From Mobula birostris (Eukaryota): 64,000 bases of DNA. A model generated the notes under the pieces. That model worked only from the letters and a program-made list of their open reading frames with translations. It did no database searches and was not told where the DNA came from. The stretch covers positions 100,305,731 to 100,369,730 of the forward strand of contig NC_092378.1 in NCBI RefSeq assembly GCF_030028105.1, written 5' to 3'. Position 1 is the first letter of the stretch; each line of letters begins with the position of its first letter. Shown in pieces: positions 25,933-38,607 of the stretch. The translations under genes were made by a program, and so were the position numbers.

Positions 25933-27678
25933 CTCCTGAGAGCTTCACTCTCCTCCTGGGCTGAGACACTGGCAACTCTGTCTGCTCTCGGTCCAAACCA
26001 ACCCCCAATGGAAGTGACCACCTTGTGTCATTTAAACGCCGCTTCAAGGCGGTGTCATCAGAAGAATCCTGCTGAGTTTCCGGGATCATGTCCTGACTGT
26101 CAATATCACTATTTGTGCTTGATAGCTCAGGCATACTCACTGCAGATTTAACTTGTGCTATCAACAGATCATTTGTGTCTTCTTTACAAGGTTTTATCAA
26201 CACATCATTAGTCTGAATTGCGTTAGATTTCTGCAGTGGTTCTACTTGTTCATTGGCTTTGTTTTGCAATGGGCTGGAATTCTTCAGAGTGAAGTTAGTA
26301 GTCCCCGAAAAGTGATGACTATCCATGTTATTTTCAGTTTCTCCATCGAGTTCATTAGAGTCAGGCATTGTCTGGCATGTATTAATTTCATTCCTCTTGA
26401 CGTCACCTTCAACCTGAACATCAGAAGGCAGAGCAATCTGAACATCGCTGGGAACTCTGTGGTCATTTGAATTCTTCTCCACAGACTTCTGTGGAAAATC
26501 AGTCAGCTGGAACTTAGTACTTTCTCTTCTACCTCTTTTTCTTCCTTTCCTTTGGCTTGATTTAGTGCTCTGGGAATTATCACTCACATTACAACGATCT
26601 TGCAGGGTAGGCTGCAAGGAAGTTGAACCAGATTCTCTGGCACCACCTTCCTGACTATTAAAAAGTAACAACGTATCACAGGTTTCTGCTTCACCCTTTG
26701 GGGTGCCTTCTACAGGACTGCTCTGGTTATGTGTGGATTTCCTGGGTCTTCCTTTCCCCCCATTTCTGGACTTTCCCAACTGGTTATGAATCACTGCGTC
26801 CAGATCCACCTGTCGCTGACAACTGGCCATTTGGCGAGTTGTCCGAACGTAGTACTCGACAGGAAAGATAAGTCCTTCAACAAGTGTACAAGACTTCAGT
26901 GGGCTATTTCCCGGAGACCTACACACAGTGGTAGCTGCTTGCTGCTCACCTGGTTCTACTACAACTCTCTCATCCTTAAGGTTGGATTCAGAAGCTTCAC
27001 TAGGGTCCTTAGAGCAATTTGGCTTTGCTTCTGGCAGCGTAGCATCTTCAGTTGCCACTGCTGAAGAGCAAGCTTCATTATTGCACATCGGCCCTCCTGA
27101 GGACTTGCCTTCAGGACAGTGAGAATTAGAGTCACTTGCTAGTCTTGTGTTGGGTGTAATCACACAATTATCTTCTATTTCCTGTGCTCCATTCATTAAC
27201 AATGCTGAGTTCCCCTCAGATCGGGGGAGTGCATCGAGCTTTGTGTTCTCTTCAACACATCTATCAAGAATCTGGGGGACATTAACTCTGTTACTGATGA
27301 GTGGATCCAGTGTTTCCATTTTTTTAACACAAGGCTCTCCACTGGCAGCCAAAGGTTCATCTGACTCACTGGTTAATTCACACGCTCTTTTCAATACTTT
27401 GCATGACCTCTTTTTTCTTAGTTTCAGACGACTTTGAACTCCTCCTTCTGTCCTTGTGATGGGATTAATTTCTTCAGCTGCAGGACTGCAGGGTTGAGCT
27501 GAAGAGTCAACACTTTTGCAGGTGCCCATTAAAGACTCATTTGAATGCTTAATAATTTCTGGCTCAATGCTGAAGGTTATGGTAGAATTCTTTTCCTTGC
27601 TTTCTTCTGCTGGAACTTGACTTTCCTTAAAAGGAGAGCTGGACCAATATGTCCCCAAAATAGAGGGATATTCATTTC
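25933..27678 (-). CDS. PALB2: PALB2 large coding exon 4 with ChAM motif
   Basis: ChAM SCTLVEGLIFPVEYYVRTTRQMASCQRQVDLDAVIHNQL at ~26777..26893. 1746 nt, phase 1-1. Acceptor ctttttaAG, donor GTGAG. Confidence 0.95.
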
Positions 27679-28146
27679 CTTAAAAAGAATCAAGAAAGAC
27701 ACATTAGATCCTTTCCTAACCCTTCAGAGAAACAGAATGAAACAGGGACATAAACATCTTACTGACAAAAGAACCATACAGGGAACGGGCCTCAAATTGT
27801 GAAAAGCGTAAGTTAGGAAACGCAAGTTAGTTAATCAGCAAAGAAACAGGATTAATAGAACAGAAAGCAAAGGTGTTCCCCTCAGTGCATTAGCTTACAA
27901 CTCCACACCCTTAACGCAGACATCAGTACATACATGCATTACATAGAAAGCCAAACATAGGACAGTTGAGGAGCAGGTTGGCTGTACGCATTCAGTTATA
28001 CAGCCTGCATATGCCCTTTAGGGTTAACACTCCTCGCTGGAACATGGGAACTTAAGAAAATTCTTCACCGTGGCCCATCATAAATGAAATATCAATGAAA
28101 AGGCACAATCCAGTGTGAGGCTGAAACCATTTTACTGTGGACCTAC

Positions 28147-28246
28147 CCACTGTCAGCTGCGATGTGCTCTGTTCTTCCTGCAGCCAGTTCTGATGTGCAA
28201 TGTTTTTTTTAACATGATTCTGTATCCTCTCAGCTTTCTCTGCACA
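28147..28246 (-). CDS. PALB2: PALB2 coding exon 3
   Basis: CAEKAERIQNHVKKNIAHQN aligns to human [20 protein letters not shown]. 100 nt, phase 0-1. Confidence 0.9.
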
Positions 28247-29054
28247 CTAAAGGTAGAAAATAAGGGATAAATATCATATGGTCAACATAAATACATTGTA
28301 CATGGAATAGATAGTTCTGAAAAGCTGGCATGGAACTATTGCTCAAACATCGTCCATCTAAGGATTTTATAACTTGGTGAAAGTTACTCTGATCGATTTC
28401 TATTCTATACTCAACAGAAGAGCACCTCATCACCAAATTATTTGAACTATTGCAGAAAACATTACAAAATATTATCAGGTATAAAATATGCTTTCATCTT
28501 ACTGCAATATTAAAGTGTTTTTAAACTGAAGCCACATGCAGCTATTCAGGTGGGCAAGAGGTTCAACAGCACCCACAACGTTCTTCCATTCAGTATCAAA
28601 ACATCTTAAAAGTTATTTTATCTAGCGTTTACTGGATGCAATGTTTTCATCTTCAGAACCACAAAAGTTTTTTTTTAAAACACATGCTCAATGCTATGAG
28701 CATTTTCACTTTTTTTTCTGGAATCACTAAGCTCTCTGCTCAGGTCAATGCTGGTTGACCTTAACGTACATAAATGATGTTATATTAATGAAACTTGGTT
28801 TTAAAATGAAGGTACCTCACCCAAATGCAGTAATAGCTAGGCAAAATATAAAAGGTTTTCCATTTACATAACGCTTTTTACGCTGTCTCATCACTCCAGG
28901 GAGCTATTTTCTACCCTGATCTCAGATGCAGTTCACGTGGAGTTTGTATATCCTCTCTGTTACTGCCAGGGTTTCCTTCAGATTGTCAGCTTTCCTTCCG
29001 TATTCCAAAGACATGCTAGTGGATTAATTGACTACTGTAACTTATCCTTTACTG

Positions 29055-29905
29055 TACAGCAGCACAGACTGGAGCTTCTGCGAGTAATTCGGAAGGCACA
29101 AGATCAGTTCATCCCAAAGAAGAAGCAGCATTCTAAAGTGGAGATGAGGCAACCGTGGCTGACAAGGGAAGTTAAAGACAGCATAAAAGCAAAAGAGAGG
29201 GCATGCAATATAGCAAAAATTATTGGGCAGCTAGAGGATTGGGAAACTCTCAAAAACCAACAGAAGGCAACTAAAAAAAGGATTAAGAGAAAAGATGGAA
29301 TATAAAGGTAAGGTAAGCCAATAATATAAACGAGGATACCAAAAGTTTTTACAGCTATATAAAGCGTAAAAGAGAGGCAAGAGCGGACATCAGACCACTG
29401 GAAAATGACCCTGGAGAAGAGGAAATGGCAGGAAAACTGAATAAGTATTTTGTGTCAATCTTCGCCGTGGATGACTCCAGCAGCATGCCAGAAATTCGAG
29501 AGGGTCAAAGGGCAGAAGTGAGAGCAATTGTTGTTTATATGGAGAAAATACTTGGAAAGCTGAAAGGTCTGAAAGTACATAAGTCACCTGAACCAGATGG
29601 ACTACACCCCAGAGTTCTAAAAGAGATAGATGAGGAGATTGTGGAGGCATTAGTAATGATGTTTCAAGAATCACTAGATTCTGGAATGGTTCCAGAGGAC
29701 TGGAAAATCACAAATGTCACTCCACTGTTTAAGAAGGGAGATAGGCAAAAGTCAGGAAATTACAGGCCAGTTCGTCTTACTTCAGTGGTTGTCAAGATGT
29801 TAGAGATAAATAAGGATGGAAGTTCAGGGTACATGATAAAATAGGCAGTTCAGCATTGTTCCTCAAGGGGAAATCTTGGCTGAAAAACTGGAATTCTTTG
29901 AGGAA
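29055..29905 (+). mobile_element. CR1 ORF2 middle fragment
   Basis: QPWLTREVK, KSPEPDGLHPRVLKE, VPEDWKITNVTPLFKKG. Confidence 0.88.
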
Positions 29906-29929
29906 TTGAATATTTGACCCTTGCCAAAA

Positions 29930-30250
29930 GATACCTCTCAGCTAGGACGCACACACAGATAGGATTTTATCCATACTTCACCTCATAAACAATCTGATGG
30001 CCCCAATCCAACAGGAGTCAAATAGAAACAGCATCTGGGCTGTCTTTAAGCCCATCATAATTAGCTAAGACAATCTTGGCTCCCTTAACAGGAAACACCA
30101 CACCTAGTTTGATGAGAATGACCAAGAGATCCAGGAGCTAATTAACCACAAACACAAAGCATTGTTCAATTGAAACAATGGCTCTACAGGAACCCAAAGG
30201 TCAAGGCCGAACAAAAATCCCATGGTTTGGAGAACAAATGGTGGTTGGAA
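29930..30250 (+). mobile_element. RTE LINE fragment; other RTE-like pieces at 36960..37365 (+) and 51140..51650 (-)
   Basis: KH..FDENDQEIQELI motif. The BovB-like 3' motif GAAGGCAATGGCAAACCACT is at ~37268. Confidence 0.65.
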
Positions 30251-31252
30251 AGATAGTCATCATCTTTTTCCCACCTTGGAGAGTCTAAAACATAGGTTTA
30301 AGGTGAGAGGGGTGATATTTAAAGGATTTCTGAGGAGCAAAACTTTCATAAAACCTAGAAGTGAGTATACCTTATTAACCAATTTCTCAACCTGCCCTGC
30401 ACATTTAATGGTTTGAACACACCCATCTCAAGATCCCTCAGCTCCTGCAGCCCTTTAAGAACAATATCTTTTAGTCTATGTTGTCTCATCTCATTCTTCT
30501 TACCAAGATTCATGACTTCACCTTTCCCACATTTAACAAGACCTGCTCAGCATCTGCCTATTCTTTCAGCCTATTTGTAGACTGCTGCAATTTATCATTG
30601 TCCTTTTCTCTGTTCACATGCCCCAAGTATAGGTCATTAATATAGATCAAAGCAATGGCCTCAACTCCGATCCATGAAAAATGCTATTATTCCCCTTCCT
30701 CTGGTCTAAAATGAGAACAGCCATTCACCATGAACCCTACTGCCTGCTAGATAGCCAGTTTTACACCCAGCTTAACATCTCTTTCATGCACGTGCTTCAG
30801 CTTTGCTGATAAGCCTATTTTGAGGCATTCAAAGAAAAGCCTTCTTGAAGTCCACGTACATCAAGACAACCGTGTCACCATTGACTCTATCTGTTACGTA
30901 AATGAAAAATTCTAACAAGAGTTGAACACAAATTGAGCTTAATAAATCTGTGCTAGTTTGCTTTCATTTATTTTCCTCAAGGTGCCCATTAATCCTGTCC
31001 TAGATCAGTGTTTCTAAAAGCTTTCCGATCATTATTATTTTACTGGCCTATGGCTGCTGGGATTATTCTTAGTTCCTTTATTGAGGAATGAACATTTGCC
31101 ACCATCTGGTCCTCTGGTGCGATGCTGTGTTCAAAGAGCACCAGTCACTATACCCATGATTTTCTCTTGAACTTCTCTCAAAATCCGAGGATGCATCCCA
31201 CTGGTCCTGGTCAGTTACTTATTTAAGTTCAGTCAGCTTTATGACAGGTCTC

Positions 31253-31635
31253 GCCACACGGGGAGCACTGGACACCATAGACAGCCCTGGCAGATTCGTA
31301 GGTGAAGTGTTGCCTCACACGGAGGGACTGTTTGGGGCCCTGAATGGAGGGGAGGGAGGAGATTTATGGGTAGTTGCTGTCCTTTGGCCACTTGCAGGGA
31401 TAAGTGCCGAGTGCCCAGAGAGAGATTGGTGGGGAGGGACAAATGGACAAGGAAATCATGGAGTGAGTGATCCCTACAGAAAGCCGTGGGGGTGGGGGGA
31501 CAAATAGGTGCAGAGGAGTTTTGGTGATAGGATCCCTTTGGAGATGGTGGAAGTTGCAGAGACTCGTAGGGTGGTAGGACAAGAGGAACTCTATCAGTGT
31601 TAAAGTAGCGGGAAGATGGGGTGAGTGTGGATGTT
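31253..31635 (-). mobile_element. Penelope-like fragment
   Basis: Reverse complement of the region 35870..36250 (LSYHPTS..HLQRDP..GTYPC). Confidence 0.7.
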
Positions 31636-32004
31636 TTAAATCTTTTAATGTTATAACCATTATCTTCTAAATGTTCCCCAATTAAAAATTAAAGGCTTTA
31701 AGGTTTATTTTATTGTCAGCAAGTATGCATGCAGAATACAACACTGAGACTTGTCTTTTCCAGACAGCCATGAAATACAGAAAGAATATGGAGTTGTTCA
31801 ATGAAAAGATATCAAACACCCAGCACAAAAAAGAAAAGGAAACAAAAACTTGCAAACCCCAACCCCTCCCTCACACAAAAACTAACAGATTGTTCACCTG
31901 GAAAACGGCAGCTAGAACATCAAACCTCAAAACCCCAACTCCCTCCATCGCAAATAAAACTAACGTATCGGCCACTTGACCCAATTCATTCCACAGAAAC
32001 AGAC

Positions 32005-32565
32005 TCAGCACCATTGGTCTCTCCTTGTGGGCTTGGCATGTCATCAAAACCTTGACAAACTTCTATAGACGTGTGGTGCGAAGGGTGCCGAGCAGAAAAT
32101 CACACCAAAGGTAGTGGATTCAGCCCAGTACAGCACGGGTAAAATGATCCCAAACATTGAGCACATCTACATAAAATGTTGTCATAGAAAAGCAGCATCC
32201 ATCATGAAAGATCCTCACCTCCCCAGGCCATACTCCTTTCTCACTGCTGCCAGCAGGTAGAAGGTACATAAGCCTCAGGATTCGCACCACCAGGTTCAAG
32301 AAAAGTTACTACCCCTCAACCACAGGTTCTTCAGGGGATAACTACACTCATTTAAGGACTGTTTTGTTGATGCATGTTATATTATTTCATGCTCGTTATT
32401 TATTGCTATTTACTTATATCTGCAATTGCACATTTTCTTTACAGTTCCTGATTTCCAGTTTACATTTACTGTTCTATACATTTGCGAAGTGTGCCCGCAG
32501 AAAAAGAATCTCAGGGTTGTATGTGGTGACACGCATGTACTCTGATTAATACATTTTACTTTGAT
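32005..32565 (+). mobile_element. Rex1-type LINE 3' end, ~130 bp from the PALB2 exon 2 donor
   Basis: GMSSKTLTNFYR and AASIMKDPH..GHT..SLLP.GRRY motifs. Confidence 0.7.
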
Positions 32566-32695
32566 CTTTGGGACCAGAAACAAACTGCTCTAGAAAATCA
32601 CTTTGGGCACAAGATACCCCAGCGTTCGAGGATCGTAAAAGCAGCTCCTCAAAACCCTTAGATATCCCCGATTCCAAGAAAGAAATGTCATTCAC

Positions 32696-32755
32696 CTGCA
32701 ACTTATACACCGTCTTTGCATACTCTTTCTTCAGCAGGGCCAGTCGTTCCTTGAG
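32696..32755 (-). CDS. PALB2: PALB2 coding exon 2, BRCA1-binding coiled coil
   Basis: LKERLALLKKEYAKTVYKLQ aligns to human [20 protein letters not shown]. 60 nt. Confidence 0.95.
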
Positions 32756-32833
32756 CTGGGGCGAAAAGGAAGAATTAATGTCGGTCCTTTCTGTTTTACC
32801 GCGAGTATGATCTGGAGTTCGGCACTGGCTCAC

Positions 32834-32881
32834 CTGCTCTCTCGTTTCCAGGCTGAGGGGCCTTTTCAGACCGCTCTCCAT
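32834..32881 (-). CDS. PALB2: PALB2 coding exon 1 (an alternative in-frame ATG at 32899 would add MEDQLI)
   Basis: MESGLKRPLSLETREQ, 48 nt as in human MDEPPGKPLSCEEKEK. Donor CAG|GTGAG. Confidence 0.85.
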
Positions 32882-32899
32882 GATCAGCTGGTCCTCCAT

Positions 32900-33211
32900 C
32901 AACACAGGAACCCCAGACAAAGGCCCCGCCACTTCTGACCAATCAACGCCGGCCCTGCTCTCCCTCTCAGCCAATCGGAGGGAGCGGCGGGGAGGCCTGC
33001 TGATCATGGATGCCGCCGGACGTCACTCATGGAAATCCGCTCCGTTGTGAGGAAAAAGAATCGCTCAAGTATTGTCGAGTAATGTTCATCGACGTTGGCA
33101 GTACGCGAGTAAATTACAGGGAGGCGCGGTGTTTTCATCTTGGCCTCGCCTGCCCCGGAAGTGCTCGCTGTTCCGCTGGGCGTGAGTCGACAGCTGAGGC
33201 CGGAGGCGGCG
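32900..33211. promoter_or_regulatory. PALB2/DCTN5 bidirectional CpG-island promoter
   Basis: Divergent ATGs ~330 bp apart. CCAAT at 32939 and 32971, GC box at ~32922, GACGTCA at 33019, and ETS/GABPA site CCGGAAGTG at 33155..33163. Confidence 0.85.
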
Positions 33212-33259
33212 ATGGAGTTGTGCGAGATCTTGTACAACAAGGCGGAATATATTGAGACG
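33212..33259 (+). CDS. DCTN5: DCTN5 (dynactin p25) exon 1
   Basis: MELCEILYNKAEYIET, donor GTGAG. Confidence 0.96.
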
Positions 33260-33571
33260 GTGAGCGGCCCGGGTTGTTTGCTTTCTCCAAAGAACCGTGT
33301 TGGTCACCGGGCTGTCGAGAATGCAGAGGCAGCCCATCAGTTGGGGGACGAGGGGAGGGCGGAGTTGGGTAGGGACCAGCAGTTGAGGGAGGGGCACCTC
33401 TGTTTCGGGGTGCAGAATGAGGGGGCACGAGTATGAGACGGGGTTTGGGGACGAGCAGTGGGAGGCTCGGGTTGGAGGGACACCCACTCATGTGAGACGC
33501 GGCAGGGAGGGGGGCATTAGTGTGGGACAGAGTTGTAAGGACTGCTTTAGTAGGGTGGTGGGTTGATCTAA

Positions 33572-33685
<114 letters not shown>

Positions 33686-34839
33686 TGAGATGTCTTTAAA
33701 AGCAGTATTTGGTCCAGACTCGTAATTCCGTCCTGACTTTTATGTATGTCACTTCTGGCCCACGTTGTTTCCCTGTTCAGCAGAATCTTGACTTTACAAT
33801 CACCATCCTTGTATTTAACTTCACATTTCCCTCCACCCCTCTAATTCTTGATGGCCCCTCACCATTTATGTCCATGTTTCACCCAATTTTTTATATCTGA
33901 AATCATTCAGTTGTCTGGGATCTAAGCTCTGGAATTCTCTTCCCCGCAAGTAAGAGGCTGCTGCTTTGATCAAGCTGTTTGCCACCTGATTTTTATTTGT
34001 GAACTTGTGCACCTTCCTTGATTTTATCATGTGGAGCAGCCAAATCAATGTTAGTTGATGTTTATCACTTTGGCTTTTGAGCAAATGAGCAGTGTTATAC
34101 TGAGTATTGCTTTATTGTTGTAGTATAGACAAGATAAAGCAAAAAGCCTTGGTTTTTCAAGCCATCCAGACAGATCATGTCTTATAATCAAATTGAGGTG
34201 GTAAAAATGTATTATGCACAATACACAACCATAAGATATAAGAGCAGAATTAGGCCATTTGGCCTATTGAGTCTGCTTCCCAATTTCATCATGGCTGATC
34301 CATTTTCCCCTGAGCCCCAGTCTCCTGCCTTCTCCCTGTATCCCTTCATGCCTTGACCAATCAAGAATCTGTTAACCTCTGCCTCAAGTATGCCCAATGA
34401 CTTGGCCTCCACAGCTGGCTGTGTCAACAAATTCTACAGATTCACCACTCTGGCTAAGAAATTTCTCCTCATCTCAGTTCCAAATGAATGTTCCTGTATT
34501 CTGAGGCTGTGTCGTCTAGTCATAGACACCCACCCCCCCCCCACCATAAGAAACATCCTCTCCACATCCACTCTTCAGGCCTTTCACCATTCGATAGGTT
34601 TCAGTAAAGTCCCCCTTCATTCTTCTGAATTCCAGTGAGTACAAGCCCAGTGCAATCAAATGCTCCTCATATGATGATCCTTTCAATCACAGAATCATTT
34701 TTGTGAACCTCCTTTAAACCTTCTCCAATGTCAGCACATCCCTTCTTAGATAAGAGGCCCAAAACTGCTCACAGTGCTCCAAGTGAGGCTTCACCAGTGC
34801 CTCAAAGTTTCAACATTACACGCTTGTTTCTATATTCCA

Positions 34840-36830
34840 TACCAGGTAAATTTGAGAGCAGGGTGGAAGTCTCACTTGCATGGGTCCCAGCTATGCCTGC
34901 CTTTTCGTCGGCTATGTGGAACAATCTATATTCCAAGCCTGCACTGGTATCACTCCCGATCTTTTCCCGCGCTACATTGGCCACTGCATTGGTGCTGCTT
35001 CCTGCACCCATGCAGAGCTGAGCTCGTCGTCTTCACCCTGCCTGGAAATTTACCTGCTCCATTTCTGACACCTCAGAATCAGGTTTATTATCAACAGCAT
35101 GTGATGTGAAATTTGTTAATTTAGCAGCAGCAGTTCAATGCAATACATAATCTAGCTGAGAGCAAGGAAAAATAAATAAATAAAATAAAACATCCTAAAC
35201 AAGTAAATCAATTGTGTATATTGAACAGATTATTTTTAAAAATGTGCAAAGACAGAAATACTGTATATTAAAGAAAGTGAGGTAGTGTCCAAAGCTTAAA
35301 AGTCTATTTAGGAATCGGATGGCAGAGGGGAAGAAGCTGTACCTGAATCACTGAGTGTGTGCCTTCAGGCATCTGTATCTCCTACCTGATGGTAACAGTG
35401 AGAAAAGTGCATGCCCTGGGTGTTGAAGGTCTTTAATAATGGACACTGCCTTTCTGAGACACCGCTTTCTAAAGATGTCTTCGATACTTTGTAGGCTAGT
35501 ACCCAAGATGGAGCTGACTAGATTTACGACCTTCTGCAGCTTCTTTCGGCCCTGTGCAGTAGCCCCTCCATACCAGACAGTGATGCAGCCTGTCAGAATG
35601 CTCTCCACGGTGCAACTTTTCTCAATCTCTTTCTTTGGAAACAGCTTATCCATTGATGTCTATTATAAACCCACTGACTCTCACAGCTACCTGGACTATA
35701 CTTCTTCCCACACTGTTACTTGTAAAAATGCCATCCCCTTCTCTCAATTCCTCCGTCTCCGCTGCATCTGCTCTTGGGATGAGGCTTTTCATTCCAGAAC
35801 TTCTCTTCCTCCATCATCAATGCTGCCTTCAACTGCGTCTCTTCCATTTCATGCACGTCTGCCCTCACCCCATCCTCCCACCACTCCACCAGGGATAGGG
35901 TTCCTCTTGTCCTCACCTACCACCCCATCAGCCTCCGCATCCAGCACATAATTCTCTGTAACTTCCGCCGTCTCCAAAGGGATCCCACCACCAAGCACAT
36001 CTTCCCTCTCCCCCCCCCACTTCTACTTTCTGCAAGGATCGCTCCCTACATGACCTCCTTGTCCATTAATTCCTCCCTACTGATCTCTCTCGGTACTTAT
36101 CCTTGCAAGTAGAACAAGTGCTACACCTGCCCCTACACCACCTCCCTCACTACCATTCAGGGCTCCAAACCATCCTTCCAGGTGAGGCGACACTTCATCT
36201 GTGAGTCTGTTGCAGTCATCTACTATATCCAGTGCTCTCATTCTGGCCTCCTGTATATCAATCTGTCCGCCAGAAAAAGCAGGATCTCCCAGTGGCCACC
36301 CATTTTAATTCCACTTCCCATTCCCATTCTGACATGTCAGTTCATGGCCTCCTCTACTGTTGCGATGAGGCCACACTCGGGTTAGAGGAGCAACGCCTTG
36401 TATTCTATCTGGCTAGCCTCCAACCTGATGGAATGAACATCAATTTCTCAAACTTCTGGTAATGGTCTCCCCACCATTCCCCATTCTCAATTCCCAATTC
36501 TCATTTCTCTCTCTCACCTTATCTCCTTACTTGTCCATTATACCTCCCTGTGGTGCTCTTCCATGGGCTTCTCTTCTCTCCTATCAGATACCCCCTTCTC
36601 CAGCTTGTATCTCTTTCACCAGTGAACTTCCCAGCTCTTTACTTCACCCCTTCCCCCACCTCAATATCACCCATCACTATGTTTCTCCCTCCCCTCCCCC
36701 CACCTTCTTCCTCTGACTCCTCATCCTTTTTTCTCCAGTCCAGATGAAGGTTCTCGGACTGAAACATGACTGTACTCTTTTTCCGTAAATGCTGCCTGGC
36801 CTGCTGAGTTCTTCCAGCATGTGTGTGTTA
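34840..36830 (+). mobile_element. Penelope-like element (RT, GIY-YIG, terminal repeat), split by a Rex1 fragment at ~35073..35616 (-)
   Basis: MGPSYACLFVGYVEQ, YYKPTDSHSYLDYTSSH, AIPFSQFLRLR, LEEQRLVFYLASLQPDGMNINF. Degenerate hammerhead at 36737..36771. Confidence 0.85.
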
Positions 36831-37743
36831 ACAGGGCTAGATCTCTTGATTATTGAAGTTATTAGGTTTAGAGGTGAAAGCTGCTGTTTATTTATCAGCT
36901 TTGTTTTCCCCTGAAGGCCCACTTGTATTGTGGTATCATTTTTTAAGCATTGAATTGCATTCTTTATTGTCTCAATCTCAATCTCAGTGGTATCCCGCGT
37001 GGTGAGGTGGAGGCGCCTCTCTACAAAAGGAAATGTAAGATGCTCCTTTCCTCCGCTAGCCTGCAGGTCACCTTTGGGCAAGGTTTAGCACCTGCTTAGC
37101 CCCCTGATCAGGGTCACATGAAGCCATGGGAGCAGGTGGTGGATGGCCGTATTATGAGTAGTTGGTGCATATCACGTCCTCGTTTTGTGACCAATGACGC
37201 TAGACAGACAATCTCTTAAAATTGATCATGGCTGGGGTCACCCATCTTGTAAAGACACTGCCCAGAAGAAGGCAATGGCAAACCACTTGTGTAGAAAAAA
37301 TTGCCAAGAACAATCATGGTCAAAGACCATAGTCACCCATGTCCCACAACACGACACAATGGTGATCTAGCATGGAGCGCATCTCAGCAGAGACACTTGT
37401 GCTTCTCACTACCCTGTTCCATCACTGATACAACCGTTCCCTGGGCACTATTGGTTCATGATGTGTCAGTGAGGGGGGCTGCTTTCTTCCTCTGATTCGT
37501 TACCTTGATGGTTAATTACTTCACTTGTTTGACCTTCTCACTAACGTGTGGCTGAAATCATCCCAGCCAGAACACTTAACTGGGAAGCCAAGGATCCTTG
37601 GATTCATTCCAAGAATGCTTTCTGGACCTCTCTTGTTCTGGATATCTTTCATTCCTTAGACTGATAACAGTAATGAAGTTTCCACGCTAGTACTTCATTC
37701 TATTGCCTATTTTACATAGTGAATTTAATGTTTTTATTTTTAA

Positions 37744-37869
<126 letters not shown>

Positions 37870-38607
37870 TGAGGTTCTTGCGTTGTAAATCCAGATCTTA
37901 CTGTAACATGCCATTGGGCTGGGCTTATAGATGGGTTGGATTGAGAGCTTGTTTTGGCCACCTTTCCCCTTCCAGAAGTTTCTGAATCTGTTTTTGCACG
38001 AAATGGTGCTTCTTAAAAATTTAAACAAATGAGAAAGGAGTTTATGCGGAGTTGTTAGTTAAGGAGCACCCAAGCACATTTAGTTTGTGCTGAGCAGTTA
38101 TTCGCCCTACTAACATTGACCTGCACCATAGCCCTCCAACCTCTCCAATCCTGTACTTTATCCAAACTTTTCTTAAATATTGTCATCGAATCCACATCCA
38201 CTAGCTTGTTCCACACTAGCACCACATTCTGAGGTTCCCCTTAAATATTTCACTTTATATTAATATTAAGTAATTTTTTTTCCACAAACATAGACTGGGC
38301 CTGTCATATTGTTAAGGGCTTAGATGGGGTGGAATTTATGTGCATTCAGGAAACTTTCCTTGGGCAATATTTTGAGGACCCTGCAAAGTTTGACCTACTC
38401 TTGGAAGTGGAGCAGGGCAAATGTTTGAGGTGACATTGGGAGTGACTTAGGGGCGAGTGACCATAGTTCAATTAGTTTTGAAATAGTTACAGAAAGGGGA
38501 CATTGTGACAGGGGACTCATGGAGTGAGCTGCTTTTGGGCGTTGCTCCGTATCCTTTACATTTTTACATGTAACCACTCTTACTTACCTTACCTATACCT
38601 ACACTAA

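Noticed and set aside
32546-33007. 153-aa ORF as a single-exon gene
   Set aside because: It is PALB2 exons 1-2 read through the 78-nt intron plus flanking sequence.
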